DNA of 64,000 nucleotides from Escherichia coli (GTDB lineage Bacteria; Pseudomonadota; Gammaproteobacteria; Enterobacterales; Enterobacteriaceae): NCBI RefSeq assembly GCF_044647545.1, contig NZ_CP172818.1; one strand, 5' to 3'. Shown piece by piece: positions 32,207 to 45,972 of this stretch (position 1 is its first letter; each line of letters starts with the position of its first letter). The notes under the pieces were generated by a model. It saw only the letters and a program-made list of their open reading frames with translations, ran no database searches and was not told where the DNA came from. The position numbers and the translations under genes were made by a program.

Positions 32207-33427
32207 TGTAGATTCAATTGGTCAACGCAACAGTTATGTGAAAACATGGGGTTGCGGAGGTTTTTTGAATGAGACGAACATTTACAGCAGAGGAAAAAGC
32301 CTCTGTTTTTGAACTATGGAAGAACGGAACAGGCTTCAGTGAAATAGCGAATATCCTGGGTTCAAAACCCGGAACGATCTTCACTATGTTAAGGGATACT
32401 GGCGGCATAAAACCCCATGAGCGTAAGCGGGCTGTAGCTCACCTGACACTGTCTGAGCGCGAGGAGATACGAGCTGGTTTGTCAGCCAAAATGAGCATTC
32501 GTGCGATAGCTACTGCGCTGAATCGCAGTCCTTCGACGATCTCACGTGAAGTTCAGCGTAATCGGGGCAGACGCTATTACAAAGCTGTTGATGCTAATAA
32601 CCGAGCCAACAGAATGGCGAAAAGGCCAAAACCGTGCTTACTGGATCAAAATTTACCATTGCGAAAGCTTGTTCTGGAAAAGCTGGAGATGAAATGGTCT
32701 CCAGAGCAAATATCAGGATGGTTAAGGCGAACAAAACCACGTCAAAAAACGCTGCGAATATCACCTGAGACAATTTATAAAACGCTGTACTTTCGTAGCC
32801 GTGAAGCGCTACACCACCTGAATATACAGCATCTGCGACGGTCGCATAGCCTTCGCCATGGCAGGCGTCATACCCGCAAAGGCGAAAGAGGTACGATTAA
32901 CATAGTGAACGGAACACCAATTCACGAACGTTCCCGAAATATCGATAACAGACGCTCTCTAGGGCATTGGGAGGGCGATTTAGTCTCAGGTACAAAAAAC
33001 TCTCATATAGCCACACTTGTAGACCGAAAATCACGTTATACGATCATCCTTAGACTCAGGGGCAAAGATTCTGTCTCAGTAAATCAGGCTCTTACCGACA
33101 AATTCCTGAGTTTACCGTCAGAACTCAGAAAATCACTGACATGGGACAGAGGAATGGAACTGGCCAGACATCTAGAATTTACTGTCAGCACCGGCGTTAA
33201 AGTTTACTTCTGCGATCCTCAGAGTCCTTGGCAGCGGGGAACAAATGAGAACACAAATGGGCTAATTCGGCAGTACTTTCCTAAAAAGACATGTCTTGCC
33301 CAATATACTCAACATGAACTAGATCTGGTTGCTGCTCAGCTAAACAACAGACCGAGAAAGACACTGAAGTTCAAAACACCGAAAGAGATAATTGAAAGGG
33401 GTGTTGCATTGACAGATTGAATCTACA
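32207..33427 (+). mobile_element. IS30: IS30 insertion sequence, complete 1221 bp
   Basis: Starts TGTAGATTCAATTGGTCAACGCAACAGTTATGTGAAAACATGGGG and ends ...GACAGATTGAATCTACA (terminal inverted repeats); flanked by a 2-bp CT direct duplication; 55 bp of ydbA sequence (32152-32206) separates it from IS2. Confidence 0.95.
32269..33420 (+). CDS. insI: IS30 transposase (InsI), 383 aa
   Basis: Intact 383-aa ORF MRRTFTAEEKASVFELWKNGTGFSEIANILG..., filling IS30. Confidence 0.9.
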   Translation: MRRTFTAEEKASVFELWKNGTGFSEIANILGSKPGTIFTMLRDTGGIKPHERKRAVAHLTLSEREEIRAGLSAKMSIRAIATALNRSPSTISREVQRNRGRRYYKAVDANNRANRMAKRPKPCLLDQNLPLRKLVLEKLEMKWSPEQISGWLRRTKPRQKTLRISPETIYKTLYFRSREALHHLNIQHLRRSHSLRHGRRHTRKGERGTINIVNGTPIHERSRNIDNRRSLGHWEGDLVSGTKNSHIATLVDRKSRYTIILRLRGKDSVSVNQALTDKFLSLPSELRKSLTWDRGMELARHLEFTVSTGVKVYFCDPQSPWQRGTNENTNGLIRQYFPKKTCLAQYTQHELDLVAAQLNNRPRKTLKFKTPKEIIERGVALTD

Positions 33428-36400
33428 CTGTTGAAATTCAGAATTTAGGTTTTGCTTTTGTTACTGGTGAAAATACAACAGGTATAAATAGTGGCACGAT
33501 CTCGTTATTACAAAATGGTAAAGATCCGGCACCGTCTCCCATTGTTTTACTGGCTACTAACGGAGGGAGCGCCACTAATGCAGGTACGATCACAGGTAAA
33601 GTGACGGAACAACATAGCGTATTTAACAAGTATTCAACGGGCACATCGAATTCATTTATTTTTAATAACGATGTCAGTAGCATAACAGGGTTAGTCGCTC
33701 AATCGAATAGCACAATTATCAATACTGACAGCGGCATCATTGATTTGTATGGTCGTGGTAGTGTCGGCATGCTTGCTATAGCAGATTCAACAGCAGAAAA
33801 TCAGGGTAAAATTACACTGGATTCTATGTGGGTAGATGCAAATGACACTACCGCAATGCGAGATATAGCTAGCAACAGCGCCATTGACTTCGGTACAGGT
33901 GTGGGAGTTGGTACTGATAGTTATAGTGGTGCAGGGAAAAATGCAACAGCAATTAACCAATTGGGCGGTGTTATAACTATTTATAACGCCGGCGCAGGTA
34001 TGGCGGCCTATGGCGCCAGCAATACAGTTATTAACCAGGGGACGATTAACCTCGAAAAAAATGGTAATTATGACGATAGTCTGGCAGCAAATACTCTGGT
34101 AGGGATGGCTGTTTATGAGCATGGTACTGCTATCAACGACCAGACGGGTGTTATCAATATCAATGTTGGTACTGGTCAGGCGTTTTATAACGATGGCACA
34201 GGAACAATTGTTAACTATGGTACAATCTGCACTTTCGGCGTGTGCCAATCGGGGAATGAGTACAATAATACAGATGATTTCACCTCACTGATCTATACCG
34301 GTGGCGATACGATTACACGAAGCGGAGAAACTGTAACGCTAAATAAATCTGCTGCTGTGACTGATAAGCTGGCTGGGAATGTTGTTAATAGCGGAACGCT
34401 TTCCGGTGATCAAATTACGGTATCAAGCGGTCTTCTGGAAAATACCAGCGGTGGCATCATCAATAACTTAGTAAAACTTGACAAGGGTGCCGTCATTAAA
34501 AATGCCGGGGTGATGACGAATAACGTCGATGTTAGCGGTGGAATCCTCAATAATGCCGGAGAAATGACTGCGCAAATTACCATGAATGCTGGTGCTGATA
34601 GTTCGTTAGTGAACAACACCGGAACCATCAATAAAATCGTGCAGAACGCGGGGGTATTCAATAATAGTGGCAGTGTAACAGGGCGGATGATGTCGGCTGG
34701 CGGGGTCTTTAATAATCAAACTGACGGGGCGATTATGAGAGGTGCTGCGCTGACAGGTACTGCAGTGGCAAATAACGAAGGAACCTGGAACCTCGGAAGT
34801 AGTAGTGAGGGTAACAACACCGGGATGCTGGAAGTTAATAATAATTCAGCTTTCAATAACCGCGGCGAGTTTATTCTTGATAACGACAAGAATGCTGTGC
34901 ACATCAACCAGTCCGGTACGCTTTATAATACCGGTCACATGAACATCAGTAATTCTTCCCACAACGGAGCCGTTAATATGTGGGGCGGAAATGGTCGTTT
35001 TATCAATGACGGAACGATTGATGTTTCTGCGAAGTCACTGGTAGTCAGCGCTAATAATGCCGGCGATCAGAATGCCTTCTTCTGGAACCAGGATAACGGG
35101 GTCATCAACTTCGATCACGACAGCGCCAGTGCCGTGAAAGTCACCCACAGCAACTTTATTGCCCAGAATGACGGCATCATGAACATCAGCGGCACCGGTG
35201 CTGTGGCTATGGAAGGTGATAAGAACGCGCAGCTGGTTAACAATGGCACCATCAACCTCGGTACCGCAGGCACTACTGACACGGGTATGATCGGTATGCA
35301 ACTCGATGCCAACGCCACGGCGGATGCGGTAATCGAAAACAACGGCACCATCAATATCTTCGCCAATGACTCGTTTGCATTTAGCGTACTGGGTACAGTA
35401 GGTCATGTGGTTAACAACGGCACGGTGGTGATTGCCGATGGGGTTACGGGTTCTGGACTGATCAAGCAGGGCGACAGCATCAATGTTGAAGGTATGAACG
35501 GTAACAACGGTAATAGCAGCGAAGTGCATTATGGCGACTATACGTTGCCGGATGTGCCGAAGCCCAATACGGTTAGTGTAACGTCGGGAAGTGATGAGGC
35601 TGGTGGCAGCATGAACAACCTCAACGGCTATGTCGTCGGTACCAACGTTAACGGCAGCGCCGGGAAGCTGAAGGTTAACAATGCCAGCATGAACGGCGTG
35701 GAGATTAACACGGGCTTTACCGCTGGTACGGCAGACACCACTGTGAGTTTTGATAACGTAGTGGAAGGTAGCAACCTGACCGACGCTGACGCCATCACCT
35801 CAACGTCCGTGGTATGGACTGCCAAAGGCAGCACCGATGCCAGCGGTAACGTTGACGTCACCATGAGCAAAAATGCCTACACCGATGTGGCAACAGATGC
35901 CTCGGTGAATGACATCGCGAAAGCACTGGATGCGGGTTACACCAACAACGAACTGTTTACCAGCCTGAACGTCGGCACGACTGCTGAACTGAACAGTGCT
36001 CTGAAACAGGTCAGCGGTAGCCAGGCGACCACGGTATTCCGCGAAGCGCGCGTGTTAAGCAACCGCTTTAGTATGCTGGCAGATGCCGCGCCGAAAGTGG
36101 GTAACGGTCTGGCGTTCAACGTTGTCGCGAAAGGCGATCCGCGTGCCGAGTTAGGTAATAATACCGAATACGACATGCTGGCATTGCGTAAAACTATCGA
36201 CCTGAGCGAAAGCCAGACGATGAGTCTGGAGTACGGTATCGCTCGTCTCGATGGTGATGGTGCGCAGAAAGCGGGTGATAATGGCGTTACAGGCGGTTAT
36301 AGCCAGTTTTTTGGCCTGAAACATCAGATGTCGTTCGATAACGGCATGAACTGGAATAACGCCTTGCGTTACGACGTTCACAACCTTGACAGCAGCCGCT

Positions 36401-36924
36401 CGATTGCATTTGGCAACACGAACAAAACGGCTGATACCGACGTGAAACAGCAGTACCTGGAGTTCCGCAGCGAAGGGGCGAAGACTTTCGAACCGAGCGA
36501 AGGACTGAAGGTTACGCCATATGCGGGTGTAAAACTGCGTCACACACTGGAAGGTGGCTATCAGGAGCGCAATGCCGGAGACTTTAACCTGAATATGAAC
36601 AGTGGCAGCGAAACGGCGGTGGACAGCATCGTCGGGCTGAAACTGGACTACGCAGGTAAAGACGGCTGGAGCGCTAGCGCTACGCTGGAAGGCGGGCCGA
36701 ACCTGAGCTACGCGAAGAGCCAGCGTACGGCAAGCCTGGCAGGCGCAGGCAGTCAGCACTTTAACGTCGATGACGGTCAGAAGGGCGGCGGCATCAATAG
36801 CCTGACAAGCGTCGGCGTGAAGTACAGCAGCAAAGAAAGTTCGCTGAATCTGGATGCGTACAACTGGAAAGAGGATGGCATCAGCGATAAAGGCGTGATG
36901 CTGAACTTCAAGAAAACGTTCTAA
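33428..36924 (+). pseudogene. ydbA: autotransporter adhesin, C-terminal fragment (passenger remainder plus beta-barrel translocator)
   Basis: Continues immediately after IS30; long ORF 33601-36924 is G/N/T-rich with beta-helix-like repeats and ends ...NFKKTF* (C-terminal aromatic residue typical of outer-membrane beta-barrels). Confidence 0.85.
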
Positions 36925-36944
36925 TTTTTAGCATGTGATACCTA

Positions 36945-36977
36945 AACCGCAACGCTGATACAGGTTGCGGTTTTTTA
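36945..36977 (+). terminator. intrinsic terminator after ydbA
   Basis: ACCGCAAC..GTTGCGGT hairpin followed by T6; a REP-like GCCGGATGCGGCG motif follows at about 36981. Confidence 0.75.
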
Positions 36978-37131
36978 TTGCCGGATGCGGCGCTTGACGC
37001 GTTTTGTTTTGGTGTCTTCCAGGACAATAGAGCAACTCATCCAGTAATCTTGTTTACGCCTTCGCATTATTTAACTCTTTTCGTTTCTATACTGATTTTT
37101 CTGAATTCGTTTTATTACAGGGCAGGGTGCG

Positions 37132-37992
37132 ATGAGCAGCAATACATTTACTCTCGGTACAAAATCCGTTAACCGTCTTGGTTATGGCGCGATGCAACTG
37201 GCAGGTCCTGGGGTTTTTGGCCCCCCAAGAGATCGCCACGTCGCTATAACCGTGCTGCGTGAGGCGCTGGCATTGGGCGTCAATCACATTGATACCAGCG
37301 ACTTTTATGGTCCGCACGTCACCAATCAGATTATCCGCGAAGCGCTTTATCCTTACTCTGACGACCTGACCATTGTTACTAAAATTGGGGCGCGGCGTGG
37401 AGAGGACGCCTCCTGGTTGCCCGCATTTTCTCCGGCAGAGTTGCAAAAAGCGGTGCACGATAATCTACGTAATCTCGGGCTGGACGTACTGGATGTGGTT
37501 AACCTGCGCGTTATGATGGGGGATGGTCATGGCCCAGCGGAAGGATCGATTGAAGCCAGCCTGACCGTGCTGGCAGAGATGCAAGAACAAGGCCTGGTAA
37601 AACATATTGGCCTGAGCAACGTCACACCGACGCAGGTTGCAGAGGCGCGTAAGATTACCGAAATCGTCTGTGTGCAGAACGAATACAACATTGCTCATCG
37701 TGCTGATGACGCAATGATTGATGCTTTGGCTCGTGACGGCATTGCCTACGTGCCGTTCTTTCCGCTCGGGGGCTTTACGCCGCTGCAATCTTCAACGCTT
37801 TCCGATGTTGCTGCGAGCCTGGGTGCAACACCAATGCAGGTAGCGCTGGCGTGGCTGTTACAACGTTCACCGAATATTTTGTTGATTCCTGGAACATCTT
37901 CTGTTGCGCATTTACGGGAGAATATGGCCGCAGAAAAATTGCATCTTTCTGAGGAAGTGTTGTCTACGTTGGATGGTATTTCGCGAGAATAA
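37132..37992 (+). CDS. ydbC: aldo-keto reductase family NAD(P)H-dependent oxidoreductase, 286 aa
   Basis: Intact 286-aa ORF with AKR-type motifs (DTSDFYG, IGLSNV). Confidence 0.9.
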   Translation: MSSNTFTLGTKSVNRLGYGAMQLAGPGVFGPPRDRHVAITVLREALALGVNHIDTSDFYGPHVTNQIIREALYPYSDDLTIVTKIGARRGEDASWLPAFSPAELQKAVHDNLRNLGLDVLDVVNLRVMMGDGHGPAEGSIEASLTVLAEMQEQGLVKHIGLSNVTPTQVAEARKITEIVCVQNEYNIAHRADDAMIDALARDGIAYVPFFPLGGFTPLQSSTLSDVAASLGATPMQVALAWLLQRSPNILLIPGTSSVAHLRENMAAEKLHLSEEVLSTLDGISRE

Positions 37993-38055
37993 CGAATATA
38001 CAAAAGGGAAAGATGCATTTCCCTTTTGTTTCTTTTTTAATGGCATGGAGTGCAT

Positions 38056-40362
38056 ATGTTTAAGCCCAGGATTTGCAGCTGGATAGGTTTACTTCCCCTG
38101 TTTATGCTGAGTCTTCCAGTACAGGCGGACCTTCGATGTGTTGCAAATGCAGTTGATATTGAACCATTTTTTTCTGCGGCTACCGCTGAAGATAAACAAC
38201 AAGTTGAACAAGCTATCAACAGTAGCGTGAATCTTGTCCCCTTCGGTTTATCTGCATCGGACTGGAAAGTGCATCGTGGCGATTTAGTGGTAGACGGTAA
38301 TATAGAGAGTAATCAAAAATTGATTGTTCTTGGCAATTTGACAGTCAAAGGTAATATTTCCACTTTCTCTCTTTCTAATCCATGGGTTATTCTCGGTAAC
38401 GTGACGGCAACGAATATAGTTACGGATTCACCACTGTTAATTACCGGTTCGATAAATGCAAGTGGACTGGTATTTATCGACTCATATTACGATAATCCGT
38501 CTACGATTAAGGGGAGTATTAATGCGCGTGGGATATTTATCAATGACATAATTGCACCTGTTGTTGCGTCTTCGACAAATAGTGAATTCATGGTCCGTGC
38601 GAGTGACAAAAATGACACTGAAAATGTCAAAAAAGCGCTGATGATAATAAATCCTGATGCATATTATTGGGATCTAATAAATGATGAAGATGCTCTGAAA
38701 GAAATTTTTAAGCGAAGCAATATTCGCATGGCAGGGAATGTCTGTAATCTGATGAAAAAAGAAGCGCTGTTTCGCCCTAAGCCTTCTCCTGAGTTAGTGC
38801 AGGAATTGCAAATGCTGGATGAAGGCAACGTTGCTGCATTTGAAGGACGAGATATTGCGACATTTGATCTTGCCATAATGCGAACTCTCCCAAGGCTTAA
38901 AGGAATTTCAGCTAACCTACGCAAACAACTTATTAATAGCAATGATGGACAAACGATTGAAAGTATGGCGAGATATATGCCTGACAATGAGATTCTGGAG
39001 TTGACCGATCAGCAATTGGGTTACCAGCCTGTTGTTCTGGGGTTGCTCGACCGTGAACCGCTCTCTGTCGAAATAATGACGCGAATGAGTCATCTACCTG
39101 ATGGTGTCGGTCCGTTGAATCTTGCGCTACGTGAAAATCTCCCTCTGGATATCGTCATGACTCTGGCGAAAAGAGATTGGGATATGATCATTCAGGAGCT
39201 TTATAAAGATGCGTGGTTATTGCCCGAATCCATTATTGATGGCTATATCCGCAGTGATGATTCCTCTATTCGTCAGGTCGGTGCTGGAGGACAACTCACC
39301 TACAATCAGGCAATGCAGTTGGCGAACGATTCATCAAACGATGTTGTCACAAGCTTAGCGTCAAAGCTGGCAGAGATGAAACACCATGGTCAATTGTTGC
39401 GGATGACGCCACAAGAGAGTGACAAAATAGCAGTATATTTATACCAAAAATTCGAGAATGACGATGATCTAATAGGTGCGTTATTTTTAGCGTTGCCAGA
39501 TAACTTACAGTTTAATTTTGTTAAAAGGATGGAGAAAAAATCCCCTGCCTACTTTTGCTGTCGGGATATGCAGGTAATTCACTCTGACGCTGCTTTACAA
39601 CGGTTATTGACACGTTTCAACGATCCTGAGGGGTGGAGTAATCTGGCGAAAAATCAGTATCTGAGTACGGCGATGAAACAAAAAATTTGGCATCGCGCTT
39701 TATCGCATCGAAAAAATAATCCGAAAGCAGATTCTGCAGCATATGAAACCAGCGCTGATATGATTTTGTCGGAGCTTATCAGCTACGGTGAAGTTGATGA
39801 CCAGATGCTATTAAATGCCGCCTCTCTGATACGTTCGGAAGGCTGGGACTTTTTAGAGAGTGCATTAGTTAGTTGGGATAATTTACCCGCTGTTGTCCTC
39901 AAGGAATTACAGCAAAATATGCCACGCAATGATATTTGGGCGAAGTTTTTTCTGAGGCAGGAAAACAGCTCTCGTGCGCAGGTTAACGAAGCGTTACGTG
40001 TTTATTATGCACTAGACCCCGATGCGTTAGCACAACTGGATGTACTGGCAAAACAACCGGATCGTATATGGTGGAGTTCGCTGGCGAAAAGCAATCTTAC
40101 ATTTTTCAAGTTCGGTGCACTTAACAATCGCCATACACCGTCTGCGGCACTGGCGGCAGAAATTGATCCCGAGTGGTGGATTGTGGCGATGAATAATCCC
40201 CGTTTTCCAGTTGATGTATTAAAGGCGAGGCTGAAACGTGATCCTTTGCTGGCGTTAGAGCTTGTTAAACCTGAACTGGATTTAGTCCGCCAGCTGGCGC
40301 TTAACGGTAAGACGCGCGCAATACGGGAACAAGCGATGAGAAAACTTGATGAGTTGTATTGA
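38056..40362 (+). CDS. ydbD: large secreted protein of unknown function, 768 aa
   Basis: ORF 38050-40362 trimmed to MFKPRICSWIGLLPLFMLSLPVQA signal peptide; N-terminal region has short G-N/S-hydrophobic repeats suggesting a beta-helix; AT-rich gene. Confidence 0.85.
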   Translation: MFKPRICSWIGLLPLFMLSLPVQADLRCVANAVDIEPFFSAATAEDKQQVEQAINSSVNLVPFGLSASDWKVHRGDLVVDGNIESNQKLIVLGNLTVKGNISTFSLSNPWVILGNVTATNIVTDSPLLITGSINASGLVFIDSYYDNPSTIKGSINARGIFINDIIAPVVASSTNSEFMVRASDKNDTENVKKALMIINPDAYYWDLINDEDALKEIFKRSNIRMAGNVCNLMKKEALFRPKPSPELVQELQMLDEGNVAAFEGRDIATFDLAIMRTLPRLKGISANLRKQLINSNDGQTIESMARYMPDNEILELTDQQLGYQPVVLGLLDREPLSVEIMTRMSHLPDGVGPLNLALRENLPLDIVMTLAKRDWDMIIQELYKDAWLLPESIIDGYIRSDDSSIRQVGAGGQLTYNQAMQLANDSSNDVVTSLASKLAEMKHHGQLLRMTPQESDKIAVYLYQKFENDDDLIGALFLALPDNLQFNFVKRMEKKSPAYFCCRDMQVIHSDAALQRLLTRFNDPEGWSNLAKNQYLSTAMKQKIWHRALSHRKNNPKADSAAYETSADMILSELISYGEVDDQMLLNAASLIRSEGWDFLESALVSWDNLPAVVLKELQQNMPRNDIWAKFFLRQENSSRAQVNEALRVYYALDPDALAQLDVLAKQPDRIWWSSLAKSNLTFFKFGALNNRHTPSAALAAEIDPEWWIVAMNNPRFPVDVLKARLKRDPLLALELVKPELDLVRQLALNGKTRAIREQAMRKLDELY

Positions 40363-40532
40363 ATAACAGCGTAATATTTTTTAACCCTTTGATTAATTGG
40401 GGATAATCATTCCTGACAGTGAGTCCCCAATACCTTGATATATTCTGAATTTTTAATGAAGCGGCGTGTTGCGATATCTCCATCAGGGGAATTGATGCAC
40501 CATAGCGCAAACCGAATTATCAAGGATTGATA

Positions 40533-41138
40533 ATGACGCTCTACCAGATAAAACCGCTCTTTCAGTCGCTGTTAAGGCCGACGATGTTTTGGCTTTATAA
40601 GCACCACGTTACAGCGAATCACATCACTCTTGCTGCACTGGCGCTTTCTCTTCTTACCGGATTGCTGTTGATGTTGGTGGCACAACCCATCCTCTTTTTG
40701 CTATTGCCTATCGTGCTTTTTATCCGTATGGCGCTCAATGCGCTGGATGGCATGTTGGCGCGTGAGTGCAATCAGCAAACACGTCTGGGGGAGATTTTGA
40801 ATGAAACTGGCGATGTTATTTCCGATATTGCGCTCTATTTACCGTTTTTATTTTTACCGGAAAGTAACCCATCACTCGTAATACTCATGTTATTTTGCAC
40901 CATATTGACTGAGTTTTGTGGTTTACTCGCGCAGACGATTAACGGTATTCGCAGTTTTGCCGGTCCATTTGGCAAAAGCGATCGCGCGTTAATATTTGGT
41001 CTGTGGGGGCTAGCCGTTGCCATTTATCCACAGTGGATGCAATGGAATAATCTTTTATGGGGCATTGCTTCAATTCTGCTTATCTGGACTGCGATTAATC
41101 GTTGTCGGAGTGTGCTCCTGATGAGTGCTGAAAGATAA
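40533..41138 (+). CDS. ynbA: CDP-alcohol phosphatidyltransferase-family inner-membrane protein, 201 aa
   Basis: Contains the D-G-x2-A-R...G-x3-D-x3-D signature (LDGMLARECNQQTRLGEILNETGDVISD); multiple TM segments. Confidence 0.85.
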   Translation: MTLYQIKPLFQSLLRPTMFWLYKHHVTANHITLAALALSLLTGLLLMLVAQPILFLLLPIVLFIRMALNALDGMLARECNQQTRLGEILNETGDVISDIALYLPFLFLPESNPSLVILMLFCTILTEFCGLLAQTINGIRSFAGPFGKSDRALIFGLWGLAVAIYPQWMQWNNLLWGIASILLIWTAINRCRSVLLMSAER

Positions 41139-42034
41139 TGATGGAAAAATCTCTGGCAACACTTTTCGCGTTGTTAATTTTAGCAACGCTGATAAACCGT
41201 TTTCGGGTATGGCGGTTACCGGAGAGAAAAGGGGATGAAGTTACATTACGTATTCGTACCTGGTGGGGCATCGTCATTTGTTTTTCACTGGTGATTTCAG
41301 GTCCACGCTGGATGACGTTGACGTTTTTTGCGCTGATAAGTTTTCTGGCATTGAAAGAATATTGTACGCTTATATCCGTACATTTTCCGCGTTGGTTATA
41401 TTGGGGTATTCCTCTTAACTATTTGCTTATCGGTCATAATTGCTTTGAGCTGTTTCTGTTATTTATACCTTTGGCTGGGTTTCTGATATTAGCCACCTGG
41501 CAAGTTTTTGTGGGTGACCCCTCCGGTTTTCTGCATACAGTGAGCGCCATTTTTTGGGGCTGGATAATGACCGTTTTCGCCTTGAGTCATGCCGCCTGGT
41601 TATTAATGTTGCCAACCATAAATATCCAGGGCGAGGCGTTACTGGTGTTATTTCTTTTGGCATTAACCGAGTCAAACGATATTGCACAGTATTTATGGGG
41701 AAAATCCTGCGGCAGAAGAAAAGTGGTCCCCAAAGTCAGCCCGGGAAAAACGCTGGAAGGTCTGGTGGGGGGCGTAATCACCACCATGATTGCGTCACTA
41801 ATTATTGGACCGTTGCTGACACCGCTAAATACATTACAGGCATTATTAGCGGGTTTGTTAATTGGTATTAGTGGTTTTTGCGGCGATGTAGTGATGTCAG
41901 CCATCAAACGAGATATTGGTGTTAAAGATAGTGGAAAACTATTACCAGGACATGGCGGACTCCTTGACAGGATTGACTCATTAATTTTCACCGCTCCGGT
42001 ATTTTTTTATTTTATTCGCTACTGCTGTTACTGA
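41138..42034 (+). CDS. ynbB: CdsA-like phosphatidate cytidylyltransferase-family membrane protein, 298 aa
   Basis: Polytopic membrane ORF that I recognise as the CdsA-paralogous YnbB; start overlaps ynbA stop (TAATG). Confidence 0.85.
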   Translation: MMEKSLATLFALLILATLINRFRVWRLPERKGDEVTLRIRTWWGIVICFSLVISGPRWMTLTFFALISFLALKEYCTLISVHFPRWLYWGIPLNYLLIGHNCFELFLLFIPLAGFLILATWQVFVGDPSGFLHTVSAIFWGWIMTVFALSHAAWLLMLPTINIQGEALLVLFLLALTESNDIAQYLWGKSCGRRKVVPKVSPGKTLEGLVGGVITTMIASLIIGPLLTPLNTLQALLAGLLIGISGFCGDVVMSAIKRDIGVKDSGKLLPGHGGLLDRIDSLIFTAPVFFYFIRYCCY

Positions 42035-42049
42035 AGGAAAATAGAGAAA

Positions 42050-45113
<3,064 letters not shown>

Positions 45114-45166
45114 GCGGATTGAGATGTGGACTGAATATCTACAGTCCACATCAAAATAGTGTCCGG

Positions 45167-45781
<615 letters not shown>

Positions 45782-45972
45782 TTATAGATGTTTGAATGGG
45801 CGATGCCCCGTTGCTTGTTGACACTTTATTCACAATCCTGCCACAGAGATAGCGCAATAAATCGAAGCCTATGTTCGAATTTATTGAACAACGCATAGAA
45901 AGCCGCGATGTGGTACTCTATATCTATCATTTAAAAGAAAATTAATCAGGCAGCCTACTGCCCACTAACGTT

